Source: Desulfocucumaceae bacterium
GTDB lineage: Bacteria; Bacillota; Desulfotomaculia; Desulfotomaculales; Desulfocucumaceae
NCBI GenBank assembly: GCA_045600185.1
Contig: JAZRXK010000086.1
Coordinates: forward strand, 1 to 61,684
Direction of reading: 5' to 3'
DNA length: 61,684 nt
Positions 1 to 8,011 of this stretch are shown in pieces. Made by a program: the position numbers and the translations under genes. Every line of letters starts with the position of its first letter. Within the stretch, counting starts at the first letter, position 1. The notes below the pieces were generated by a model. It saw only the letters and a list, made by a program, of their open reading frames with translations, was not told where the DNA came from and made no database searches.

Positions 1-56
1 ATAACACTTTGTTCAGCTGCAGGATATATTCGATACTTAATTGCTTTGTTTGCCAT
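1..56 (-). CDS. tnpB: IS200/IS605-family TnpB (OrfB)-like protein, first 18 codons only (gene runs off the left window edge)
   Basis: Minus-strand ATG at 56-54 with AAGGTGAG RBS a few nt upstream. Translation MANKAIKYRIYPAAEQSV matches the conserved TnpB N-terminal K-x-Y/I-K-x-R-I-Y-P-x-x-E-Q signature. Too short for certainty. Confidence 0.45.
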   Translation of the reverse strand, partial: MANKAIKYRIYPAAEQSV

Positions 57-164
57 CTTTCTCACCTTGTGATTGTATGTTATGATGATTACGACCGATT
101 ATATTATGATTATAACACTATAAATAACAAAAGTCAAGAAAGCGCCTTGTTTATCGCAATTCAT

Positions 165-188
165 CCCGCCACCTATAGAGGTGGGGGA
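165..188. repeat. Imperfect hairpin (CCACCT / AGGTGG stem, 4-nt loop, extended by C:G pairs), candidate IS200/IS605 subterminal left-end hairpin
   Basis: cccgCCACCTatagAGGTGGggg lies about 110 nt upstream of the tnpB-like start. IS200/IS605 ends carry subterminal hairpins (established). Assigning this hairpin to the IS end is inference. Confidence 0.3.
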
Positions 189-208
189 TTTCTTGCTCAC
201 GGCGTGTT

Positions 209-241
209 AAAACCACCGGTTCAGCCGCAACCGGTGGTTTT
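209..241 (-). terminator. Rho-independent (bidirectional) terminator closing the phage-derived operon
   Basis: Perfect 12-bp stem AAAACCACCGGT / ACCGGTGGTTTT with a 9-nt loop, 6 nt past the stop of the last cluster gene (247). A/T runs sit on both sides. Confidence 0.6.
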
Positions 242-246
242 TGATC

Positions 247-498
247 CTAAATATTTAATTGAGCTAAAATATGCCGCACTTTCTCGGCAATGTGAGCAGT
301 TGATTCTTCCAGAGAACAATTATTGTAAAAAATTTTTCCCTGACCATAATCAACTATTTTTCTGCCCTGCCAGACCGGAAATCCATCCCGGCAGTCAATT
401 TGCGTGGGGATAATTTCTTTTTGGGCATAACGCCGGGCAGTATGCACTTCCTGAACACAGTGCAGGATTCCGCTTTGATCCCGATAAGCATAATTCAT
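247..498 (-). CDS. Hypothetical small protein (83 aa), last gene of the phage-derived cluster
   Basis: ATG at 498 with AGGAGG 8 nt upstream (ctttaagcAGGAGGctggttttATG). The longer 133-aa track ORF would overlap the upstream gene. No TM segment and no recognisable family. Confidence 0.45.
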   Translation of the reverse strand: MNYAYRDQSGILHCVQEVHTARRYAQKEIIPTQIDCRDGFPVWQGRKIVDYGQGKIFYNNCSLEESTAHIAEKVRHILAQLNI

Positions 499-514
499 AA
501 AACCAGCCTCCTGC

Positions 515-1543
515 TTAAAGCTCCCCATAATAAACCGAGCGGAATTTGCCCAAGGCAGCAGTTTGGGCCAGATCCAGAAAATTGATTCCGGCTCCGGCTC
601 CATCAGTACAGCCTCCACCCCGCCTTCCCCAAATTTCCGGGGCGGCATTATTGATTTGAATTATTTCATTGCCATACAAGCTGCTTGAAGAATGAGCTGG
701 ATAAAGCATTAAAGCCTTTAAATATTCCGGAACAGTTTCTGCTGCAGTCATATTTTTAAAAAGGCAGCTTCGGGAACTGTTGTCAGAAGAAGTAACAGCA
801 TCACTAATTTGCCAGATTCCATTCACATAATCCAATTTAAGACTTTCTGAATATCCGGGTTCCACAAATTCATTATCCGGATTTAAAGCCTGCCAATATA
901 ACGAATTGCTTGTCTGACTAACAGAATTCAGCACAGAATCAGCATTGGGAATAAATTGCAGCTCTCCACTGACTATTCTCAGCCCTCCCACCCATTCCGC
1001 AGCAATTCCAGCCAAATCAGTAATTCCTCCATCTGCCGCATGATTGTGGTTCCAGGTAACTGCTCCGCTTCCAGTCAGGGTTCGTCCGCTTGAACCTGCG
1101 GCTAAACCGAATTCAGCGGAATAATTATAGTCAGAGCCATTGTTACTGTTGCCGTGAGGAGCCGTAGAATGACTATAGGAATATAAAGCCAAAGCTCCCC
1201 ATAAGGCTGCCGGAGTCAAACCCCAAAGATTGCCTTTATTGCGGCAGGAATCAACTGCTGTTTCAAAACTGACCAAAGCAGGATCTTCCAGAGGTAAGCT
1301 GTAAGCCAAAGTGTCCTGAATAATATTGGGGTATTTGGAAATATAGATAGTATCTGTTTCAACACTATCCAGCAAAAAAGCCGGGTGAATATTATCAGAT
1401 AAATTTGAACAAAGATCCTGAATGGAACATTTTTCCCAGATTACCATAATTGAAGGTAAATCCCAATCGTCCAAAAGAACGGTTTCCGCTCCGCCGGTTA
1501 AAGCTTCCACTGCATTTTTTAAATCCTCAAAAGGCATAAGCAC
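515..1543 (-). CDS. Tail-fibre / receptor-binding protein with a C-type-lectin (FGE-sulfatase-like) type C-terminal domain
   Basis: 342 aa. Motifs ITDLAGIAAEWVGG and the C-terminal RRGGGCTDGAGAGINFLDLAQTAALGKFRSVY resemble CLec/FGE-fold phage receptor-binding domains. GAGGGG RBS before ATG 1543. Confidence 0.55.
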   Translation of the reverse strand: MLMPFEDLKNAVEALTGGAETVLLDDWDLPSIMVIWEKCSIQDLCSNLSDNIHPAFLLDSVETDTIYISKYPNIIQDTLAYSLPLEDPALVSFETAVDSCRNKGNLWGLTPAALWGALALYSYSHSTAPHGNSNNGSDYNYSAEFGLAAGSSGRTLTGSGAVTWNHNHAADGGITDLAGIAAEWVGGLRIVSGELQFIPNADSVLNSVSQTSNSLYWQALNPDNEFVEPGYSESLKLDYVNGIWQISDAVTSSDNSSRSCLFKNMTAAETVPEYLKALMLYPAHSSSSLYGNEIIQINNAAPEIWGRRGGGCTDGAGAGINFLDLAQTAALGKFRSVYYGEL

Positions 1544-1552
1544 CCCTCTTTT

Positions 1553-1720
1553 CTAAACCTTAAACCAGATTTTTTTCCTTTTTCCGCAGGCTTCTTTAGT
1601 TTTAGCCGCAATACATTCGACCAATTCCCGCTGTTCCGCCTGGCGATAGTCTGCCCGAAAATCAAAAGCGACTCGAAGTTCTGCTTCGAGTCGCTGAGCC
1701 GATTTTATTTTCAGATTCAT
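1553..1720 (-). CDS. Small phage protein (55 aa), not in the ORF track
   Basis: ATG 1720-1718 overlaps the upstream TGA (ATGA coupling). Translation is MNLKIKSAQRLEAELRVAFDFRADYRQAEQRELVECIAAKTKEACGKRKKIWFKV. It fills an otherwise empty gap in a compact operon. Confidence 0.4.
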   Translation of the reverse strand: MNLKIKSAQRLEAELRVAFDFRADYRQAEQRELVECIAAKTKEACGKRKKIWFKV

Positions 1721-1875
1721 AATTCCCACCACTGCCCTTCGGCATATTTATAACCAACCAGGCTGTCATCAAATTCAGCTAAAGGCACCAGGTTAGCCTC
1801 ATTCCGAGGCTCTGAAAAATCATTGATGGCCTTGCAGACCTGATTATCATCCAATTCAGCATAATAATACCGCAC
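1717..1875 (-). CDS. Small phage protein (52 aa), not in the ORF track
   Basis: GTG 1875-1873 lies 8 nt after AGGAGG. Translation is VRYYYAELDDNQVCKAINDFSEPRNEANLVPLAEFDDSLVGYKYAEGQWWEL. The stop overlaps the next start. Confidence 0.4.
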   Translation of the reverse strand: MRYYYAELDDNQVCKAINDFSEPRNEANLVPLAEFDDSLVGYKYAEGQWWEL

Positions 1876-1887
1876 AGGCTTCACCTC

Positions 1888-2280
1888 CTAATAAAACTCA
1901 ATAACCTGCCAGGAAAAAACATAGCTCATATGACCATAGCCACCTTCAATGTGCATGGAACTGGCTGTCAGGCTGTCCAGATAAGGCAAACGGCCATCAT
2001 AAGTGTCTTTGGGGATGGCACCTCCATTCAGAAAAACCAGGCATTTATCCGGATTAGTTAAAGCTGTGGAAAAATTAACAGTTGCTCCTCCGGTTCCATT
2101 CATGGTAGCTGTACCTCTTTGAATTCTTCTTACCAGGCTGATGCCGTTAGCCAAAAGATATTTTAGACCGGCAAACAAAGTAGCCGGACTGCCGGAAGCT
2201 GCGTCTGAGGAATTACCCAGTCCGGCGGCTATTTCGTCCAAAGTGGTTTTATCTGCAATATCAATACTTACTGTAGCCAA
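1888..2280 (-). CDS. Tail-fibre-region hypothetical protein (130 aa)
   Basis: TTG start 7 nt after AGGAGG. Position is distal to the baseplate genes. No recognisable family. Confidence 0.5.
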   Translation of the reverse strand: MATVSIDIADKTTLDEIAAGLGNSSDAASGSPATLFAGLKYLLANGISLVRRIQRGTATMNGTGGATVNFSTALTNPDKCLVFLNGGAIPKDTYDGRLPYLDSLTASSMHIEGGYGHMSYVFSWQVIEFY

Positions 2281-2292
2281 AAGTTTTCCTCC

Positions 2293-2637
2293 TTATTCGC
2301 CATTATCATAAGTGACTCGTAAAACTCCATTGACGATGGAAAAGCTTAAACCACTGTCAGCAACATTACCTTCAGCGGTCAGGCTGGCCAAATTCCCGGC
2401 TGTATATTGAGCGGGCTTGGAGGCTTTATCCTCACAAGCCTGTTTATAATAACGAAAATGCTGAATTTGAAACATGACCAGCTCTCGATTTTCATGAATT
2501 CCATCTTCCATATTATTTAAGTGGTCTTGATCAAGAGGAGTTCCCTCTTGAATTACAACATCCCCATCCATCAACAGGTCTTCCCAATATGTTGAATTAT
2601 ACAACAGAAATTCCCCTTTCTCTAAGCCTCCAGCCAA
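2293..2637 (-). CDS. Tail-fibre protein, N-terminal attachment-type motif (about 103-114 aa)
   Basis: Contains GTPLDQDHLNNMEDGI, similar to the G-T-P-L-x-A-x-x-L-N-x-M-E-x-G-I motif at the N-terminus of many Firmicute phage fibre proteins. A TTG at 2604 preceded by AAGGGG is an alternative start. Confidence 0.5.
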   Translation of the reverse strand: MAGGLEKGEFLLYNSTYWEDLLMDGDVVIQEGTPLDQDHLNNMEDGIHENRELVMFQIQHFRYYKQACEDKASKPAQYTAGNLASLTAEGNVADSGLSFSIVNGVLRVTYDNGE

Positions 2638-3254
2638 ATTCCCTGATATAAATAATTTTCGAGGGGCAGAAAAGCCAGGGTATAGGTTTTATTGGCTGCA
2701 AAAACCGGATCTTCCGAAGTCCAAATAACTGAATCCGGCACTGATACTTCCGGAGCTTCATCTCCGGTGGAAAACTGCAGCAAATATTCCGTACTTTGAT
2801 CCGCCGCAGCCGGAGCAAAACTCAAATTCACATAAACTATTTGGTTGGTAAATTTATACATAACATTAGGAGATAACTCAAAATCTATTTCCGTCGTTAC
2901 ACTATCTGTCAATAACAGATAACCTGATTCCGATCCCATGCTTAAAGCATGATCAACTTCCTGCAAATGGAATATCAGCCTTAGAGCCGCACTTTGACCA
3001 GCCGTTCGCACAATAGACAAATTTTGCTGTCCAGCCAGATCACCTTCGGAGTCATAAACCCGCACCCCGGTAATTACATTATCCGTTTCCAAAGCCGGAA
3101 GATTGATTAAAACAGTTAAAGCAGCCGCCTGCACAATTTTACTGTTAATCACTCCCCGATGCCAATTTCCGCCTGCCTGATACTGCACCTGAGCAATTTC
3201 CCGCTTCAAAGACTGCTGACGCTTGCTCAAAAAAACACCCTGCCAAAAACTCAT
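2622..3254 (-). CDS. Baseplate-distal / tail-fibre hypothetical protein (210 aa)
   Basis: The start shares 1 nt with the upstream stop (TGATG). Position is immediately after the gpI-like wedge gene. Confidence 0.5.
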   Translation of the reverse strand: MSFWQGVFLSKRQQSLKREIAQVQYQAGGNWHRGVINSKIVQAAALTVLINLPALETDNVITGVRVYDSEGDLAGQQNLSIVRTAGQSAALRLIFHLQEVDHALSMGSESGYLLLTDSVTTEIDFELSPNVMYKFTNQIVYVNLSFAPAAADQSTEYLLQFSTGDEAPEVSVPDSVIWTSEDPVFAANKTYTLAFLPLENYLYQGIWLEA

Positions 3255-3874
3255 CAGTTCACCCCCCGCTTGTTACCGCAAAATTTTTCTCCTGCCTCTA
3301 CTGTACCGCATAACAAAGGTTCCGATGTAAAGCAGCTTATTTCAGTTTGCAAATATTTAAGTTTGCTCAATCTGAAGTCATATCTGGTAGCTACTCCGGC
3401 CGGATGAATCAGGGGAATTTCGCCAAAATCAACCGGATCTCCCTCTTCATCCAGAGCATCAAAAGAAAAAGTCAAAGTTGCCGGAAAAGCCGGATCTTCT
3501 GAATAGTAAATTGTGATACCCGGACAAAGAGTCTGCAAACTGTTTACAAGCTGATAATAAGTGCAGGAGGAAGAATTCAGCAAAATCTTTCGCTGCAATA
3601 AAGTGCGGTACTTCTCGTCATTTAAAGCCGCACTGCCCGACCCAACTGAACGGAGCAGTTTGGCCGCTTCAATCCGGCTTAAAGCCACAATATCCCCAAT
3701 TCCATCCAGCTGCTGTCCGGTGGCCTGCTCCAAGTTGCGTTTATCCCGCAAATCCTGATAAGTCTGCCAGACCTCCTGAAGCTGTCGAGCCAAAGCTGCC
3801 AGCAAAGTTTCCAGGCGGGGCTTGGCTCGAAATTGACCGACAAGATCCTGATTCAGTTTCTCCTGATAATTCAT
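3254..3874 (-). CDS. Baseplate wedge protein, P2 gpI / Mu gp48 / XkdU-like
   Basis: 206 aa, directly downstream of the baseplate J gene with a 4-nt ATGA overlap. Size and position match the canonical J-I pair. Confidence 0.6.
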   Translation of the reverse strand: MNYQEKLNQDLVGQFRAKPRLETLLAALARQLQEVWQTYQDLRDKRNLEQATGQQLDGIGDIVALSRIEAAKLLRSVGSGSAALNDEKYRTLLQRKILLNSSSCTYYQLVNSLQTLCPGITIYYSEDPAFPATLTFSFDALDEEGDPVDFGEIPLIHPAGVATRYDFRLSKLKYLQTEISCFTSEPLLCGTVEAGEKFCGNKRGVN

Positions 3875-5346
3875 AAGCTCACCTGAATTCTGCCTGCGTC
3901 AGTCTGTGGTTTTTGTCGGGAAGTTAAATTGGCATAAGTTGCCGTAAAACTGGCATAATCAATCACGGCATTGGGATCGGAATTGATATACATGGTAATA
4001 GTTAAATTTTGCAGGCCGTTAATTTGCTGATACATTTCCGCCAGACATTTTTGTGGATTGACTCTGGAAGCCGGAGGCAGACTTCGAACATAGTTAATCA
4101 AAATATCCTTGACAGTCTGGACATAACCGGCACTTAAATCTTCATCAATAAACTGTTCCACCACAACCGAAAACCAGCAGTAAATATTTTGCGGGATCGT
4201 ATAATAAATAATAATTTCCTCCCCATATTTACCAGTCAAACTTATTGGATTTAAAGTTAATCCATCACTTTTTAAACCATAAGTATTGATTCCTCCAGCT
4301 TTGGTTTTCAAAATTTCCTGAGCAATTTCCAGAGCCGTTCCTCCCTCTACCACCGCTTCAATGCTGTGTGGCGGACGGCCTTCGGCATCAGCAAGACTGC
4401 TGCAATTTTCATAAACCCGAACACTTTTTACCCCCGAACAATTTTCCAGAATATTGCTTTCAATACTTTCTGTCATACAGGAAGACAAAGCGAAAATTTT
4501 ATCCAGATAAGATCGGCGTAATTCCGCATCACTTTCCTGCAATCGTCCGGCCAGATATTGCCCGGAATTACTGACCCGATTCAGCCCGCTGACCGCCGTA
4601 ACAATATTGCTGATGGTTCCGGCTGGCAAAATGATTTCTCCGTCTTCTTCACTGGCAAAGTTAATCATACTGGTTACTTCCACCGTAGTTAAATTTTCAG
4701 AAAGAGTTAAAGTATGACTGCTTTCCGGTTCTGCTGCCTGGATCAATAAGCAGGTATCATTTTCCACAGAAACCCTGAAATCTGCATTGGCTTCAATTAA
4801 AGCGGCCAGCCCAGCCAGAATTTCCCCAATGGAAGCGGAAGAGTCGCTGATATAGCTGTATAAAGTTTGATCCAAAGTTACATTATAAGCAGCCGAGTTT
4901 TGCAAAGCAGCAATACCCAGACTAACCTGATTAAAATTATTGCGGCTGATTAGAGAAGTTTGAGAAGCCAGAAAATAATTAACCGGATTGGTAGCTGAAG
5001 CCAATCGAGTACCGGCAGCTATTTCCGTTCCATCCAGACCGCTGCAATAAACCGGATAATAGGTTTTGGCTGCCGGCTGACGAACAACCCCGGCATATTG
5101 TGCCGCCCAATCCAGGTTTTGTCCTTCAGCCATGGAAGGATACATGGATTGATATACATTTTCCGCTACTTCCCATAATTCAGCAATTTTATCACCAAAG
5201 TTTGTCAGCAAAACATTCAGACAGCTTTGAGGATTTAGCCGGGTATTAAAGCCCAAACCTTCACTTAAATCCTGGTGCAGTTCCGTCAAAATTTCATCAA
5301 GTCTTTTTCGGACAAAGCCTCTGTCTGTTACTCCGTAATCAGCCAT
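3871..5346 (-). CDS. Baseplate J-like protein (P2 gpJ / Mu gp47 / XkdT family)
   Basis: About 491 aa. N-terminus MADYGVTDRGFVRKRLDEIL is typical of Baseplate_J proteins. ATG 5346 follows GGGGTGAAGGA. The track start at 5361 is a TTG overlapping the upstream gene. Confidence 0.75.
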   Translation of the reverse strand: MADYGVTDRGFVRKRLDEILTELHQDLSEGLGFNTRLNPQSCLNVLLTNFGDKIAELWEVAENVYQSMYPSMAEGQNLDWAAQYAGVVRQPAAKTYYPVYCSGLDGTEIAAGTRLASATNPVNYFLASQTSLISRNNFNQVSLGIAALQNSAAYNVTLDQTLYSYISDSSASIGEILAGLAALIEANADFRVSVENDTCLLIQAAEPESSHTLTLSENLTTVEVTSMINFASEEDGEIILPAGTISNIVTAVSGLNRVSNSGQYLAGRLQESDAELRRSYLDKIFALSSCMTESIESNILENCSGVKSVRVYENCSSLADAEGRPPHSIEAVVEGGTALEIAQEILKTKAGGINTYGLKSDGLTLNPISLTGKYGEEIIIYYTIPQNIYCWFSVVVEQFIDEDLSAGYVQTVKDILINYVRSLPPASRVNPQKCLAEMYQQINGLQNLTITMYINSDPNAVIDYASFTATYANLTSRQKPQTDAGRIQVSL

Positions 5347-5350
5347 TCCT

Positions 5351-5698
5351 TCACCCCGCAATCAGCAATTCTTCCTGCCAGATATGTTCTCCCACTTTAA
5401 TTTGCAATGCAATTTTCATTTGCCGATTTTTCCACTCCTTAACCTCCAAACTTACTTCTTCCACTTCTTCCATTTCCAGAACCGCCTGCCGCAAAACAGC
5501 TTTAATCCGGTTTGGATCGGGATTTTTCTTCAAAATTTCTCCATAATAATTCAAACCATAAGCGGGCATCAGCCGCCATTCAGCTTTAAACCAATTTAAA
5601 CGAATCCGAATTGCCTGACGAATACTGTCAATTATTTGCAGATCCCCTTGTTCCGTTAAAAATAAATCTCCAGTTTCCGTTAAAGCCAAATCCTGCAT
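5351..5698 (-). CDS. Baseplate wedge protein, gpW/gp25/XkdS-like
   Basis: 115 aa. The pattern DL...TGDL...QGDLQIIDSIRQAIRIRL..F..EW is typical of gp25-like baseplate proteins. It sits just upstream of baseplate J. Confidence 0.65.
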   Translation of the reverse strand: MQDLALTETGDLFLTEQGDLQIIDSIRQAIRIRLNWFKAEWRLMPAYGLNYYGEILKKNPDPNRIKAVLRQAVLEMEEVEEVSLEVKEWKNRQMKIALQIKVGEHIWQEELLIAG

Positions 5699-5725
5699 TT
5701 AGCCTTCCCCTCCCAACAAGCTGAT

Positions 5726-6262
5726 CTATTCCTGATTGTATTGGGCAATAATATCTTCAGTTGCTTTAATCTGGCCGTTAACTATCAAGTCTCCGGTAAT
5801 TTCCAGACCATTTGAAGAAATCTTAATGCGTTTGTTATGGGCTTCCAAAATCAAAGCCTGTTCCAAACAAGCTTCCGTCAATAATTCGGAAGGGTGCGAA
5901 AATAAGCCTGGAATGGCCAGAGCATTGGATAAATCAAAACGCAGTTCCAAGCCGGTTTCCTGCCCATAAAGCCAATAATCCAAAGCCTGTTCCGCCATAA
6001 TTAAAAGACAGCCATCTCCAGCTTGCACCGGAAACACCAGACTGATTTTCTGTCCCCAGCCTTGCGGAAAAAGAACCGGTACTCCATAAACAGGCGGATA
6101 GAGCAGGCGGTTGCCTCGTGAACCATTATTGGCCAAAGGCTGAACAGCAGCTAAGCCGGATTTGGGATCAAAATTCAGGATTTTACCCGGTAAGGCAGTA
6201 TGAATACCCTTGATGAAATCTTCCACCAGATTTTTGCATTGCTTCACAAATTCCTGTTCCAA
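5726..6262 (-). CDS. Baseplate central spike/hub protein (Mu gp45 / gpV / gp138-N-like)
   Basis: 178 aa from the TTG at 6262 (GGAGG RBS 6 nt upstream, 1 nt after the upstream TAA). The N-terminal 44 codons of the track ORF overlap the preceding gene and are rejected. Confidence 0.55.
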   Translation of the reverse strand: MEQEFVKQCKNLVEDFIKGIHTALPGKILNFDPKSGLAAVQPLANNGSRGNRLLYPPVYGVPVLFPQGWGQKISLVFPVQAGDGCLLIMAEQALDYWLYGQETGLELRFDLSNALAIPGLFSHPSELLTEACLEQALILEAHNKRIKISSNGLEITGDLIVNGQIKATEDIIAQYNQE

Positions 6263-6263
6263 C

Positions 6264-7109
6264 TTAAACCTCCAAAAGACAAGCTCGACAAAGCCAATCG
6301 GACTGATAATTATCTCCTTCAAACTGCAGGGAATAAATCCGAAAACAGCCCTGAATACTTTGACTTTCCAAACGAACATAATCGGACACATCAATGGCTC
6401 CGTTCAGAAAAAACTCCACTTCCCAACCCGGCAGATCATTTTCCCATTTATGCTGAGCTGCAAGCAAAATTTCTTTGGGTCTGCCCAGCAGACCAGTTTG
6501 ATTGTTCAAAATATAAGTTTTGTCCCACCGGGCTTCCGCAGGCTTTTTTATTTGCAGCACTCCGTTTAAGATTGACCAGGTAATTCCGCTGCAGGCACAA
6601 ATTTTATCCAAAGCTCTGCCCGCCAGACCAGTGTAACTGAAGCCCAAAGTTAAATCCTGATAAATTGCTCCGGGAGAAAAAAGCACGGCCAGATTCATTT
6701 GTCTGGCTATATCTTCAAGAATATGCCTGGTATTCACTGCCCCGCCATAAGCCAAAGAAAGCCAGGTATCCCGCAAAGCCCAACCACCGTCAATAACTTC
6801 CAGAGTGGTTCTGCGATCCGCTCCGTCCAGTTCCGTCCGAATAAAGCTGATATTGCCTTCAAAAATAACCGGCAGATGCAAACCATAGCCCGCCTGCAAA
6901 ATTACATAACAATCCCGTTGTTTCAAAATTCCCAGATGACTGGAATTCAGGTTCCACAAGCAGATTTTAGCCGTATTTTCGGTTTCCAGATCGGCCTTCT
7001 GAACGGAAAAACGAATATGCAAAGCATAAGGAGAATTCTGGCCGCAACTGAACTGCTTAACTCCGCTTTGATAAACCGTCAATAAATATTGCCGGTCAAA
7101 GTTTTGCAT
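6264..7109 (-). CDS. Baseplate hub protein (Mu gp44 / P2 gpD / XkdQ-like)
   Basis: 281 aa, with position and size as in Mu-like and PBSX-like baseplate modules. Confidence 0.55.
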   Translation of the reverse strand: MQNFDRQYLLTVYQSGVKQFSCGQNSPYALHIRFSVQKADLETENTAKICLWNLNSSHLGILKQRDCYVILQAGYGLHLPVIFEGNISFIRTELDGADRRTTLEVIDGGWALRDTWLSLAYGGAVNTRHILEDIARQMNLAVLFSPGAIYQDLTLGFSYTGLAGRALDKICACSGITWSILNGVLQIKKPAEARWDKTYILNNQTGLLGRPKEILLAAQHKWENDLPGWEVEFFLNGAIDVSDYVRLESQSIQGCFRIYSLQFEGDNYQSDWLCRACLLEV

Positions 7110-7110
7110 T

Positions 7111-7419
7111 TTAATCCTCCTCTGTTACATAGGCCAAAATCGCCTTTTCCTGCTGGAAGCTGTTCTGATTTATCCTGTCCTGATCTGTAAAGACTGCCAA
7201 AACTCCCTGCGGAAAATCAGGACAGAATAAATTCAGCGGAAAACGAGGCACCATCCGGATGCCGCTAACCAGAACCTTTTCTTCCCAGTCATAAATGCCC
7301 AAAGACCAATAATCATAAGTATCATTATAGGTAAAACGCAAAAAATAAGTTTGCCCGGATAAAATAATTCGGGTCAAACTGTCATTATAAGAAGGAACGC
7401 TGATTTCTAATCGCTTCAT
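7111..7419 (-). CDS. Tail/baseplate hypothetical protein (102 aa)
   Basis: Compactly placed between the gp43-like and hub genes. No recognisable family. Confidence 0.45.
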   Translation of the reverse strand: MKRLEISVPSYNDSLTRIILSGQTYFLRFTYNDTYDYWSLGIYDWEEKVLVSGIRMVPRFPLNLFCPDFPQGVLAVFTDQDRINQNSFQQEKAILAYVTEED

Positions 7420-7428
7420 CTTGCCCTC

Positions 7429-8007
7429 CTAAAACCAGAACAAACCGGAAGCTTTGCTCAGCAAATAAAGACTTGAACCGGGTTTGGCCATTTCATCAGT
7501 AATAATCATCCCGTTTAACCAAACCGAATTGCTTGAAGCTGTTCCCACCTTCAAGCGGCTGGCTCCGCTCTTGGGATAGTCTCCTGCAATGTCAGAAGTC
7601 CGAGTGAAAGTTTGCTGTACCTGCCGAAAGGTCAAAGGAATTTCCCGCATGCGAGATCGTTCTGAGCTTTTTTGCAAAGTCATTTGAACCAGAGCCAAAT
7701 CAGTATAAATTTTCTCTGAGGTTTCCACTGTACATAGCTGTCGGGAAAAATAAAGCTCCTCCAGTTGCTGCCAGATTTTTTCCAAACGACCTTCTTCATC
7801 AGCAAAATAATTAGCCCAGGTTACTGGAGTATTGGTTAAAAGCAGGGTCATTTCCAATTCCAAAGGACGCAAAATCAAGCTGTCCTGCACCGAAAAGCCT
7901 TCCTCCGTCGGATATTCTGGCACCAAAGCGGAATAAGCTGCTTTTTCCTGAAGCAAAGCATCAAATTCCAAATCGTTAAGGCGTACCGGTTGACCGATAT
8001 AAAGCAT
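7429..8007 (-). CDS. Tail protein following the tape measure (Mu gp43 DNA-circulation-N / XkdP-position)
   Basis: 192 aa, immediately downstream of the tape-measure candidate. No LysM motif seen. Confidence 0.45.
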   Translation of the reverse strand: MLYIGQPVRLNDLEFDALLQEKAAYSALVPEYPTEEGFSVQDSLILRPLELEMTLLLTNTPVTWANYFADEEGRLEKIWQQLEELYFSRQLCTVETSEKIYTDLALVQMTLQKSSERSRMREIPLTFRQVQQTFTRTSDIAGDYPKSGASRLKVGTASSNSVWLNGMIITDEMAKPGSSLYLLSKASGLFWF

Positions 8008-8011
8008 AATT

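Noticed and set aside
515-640. Diversity-generating retroelement (VR at the 3' end of the CLec-like fibre gene)
   Set aside because: The fold-type motif is suggestive, but I found no reverse transcriptase ORF and no template-repeat copy of this segment anywhere in the 61.7 kb.
9-648. Track ORFs 9-413 (+), 400-585 (+) and the long form 247-648 (-)
   Set aside because: The plus-strand ORFs run antisense across the tnpB start, a hairpin terminator and the last phage gene, and have no RBS. The long minus ORF overlaps the upstream gene. Only the RBS-supported 247-498 part is kept.
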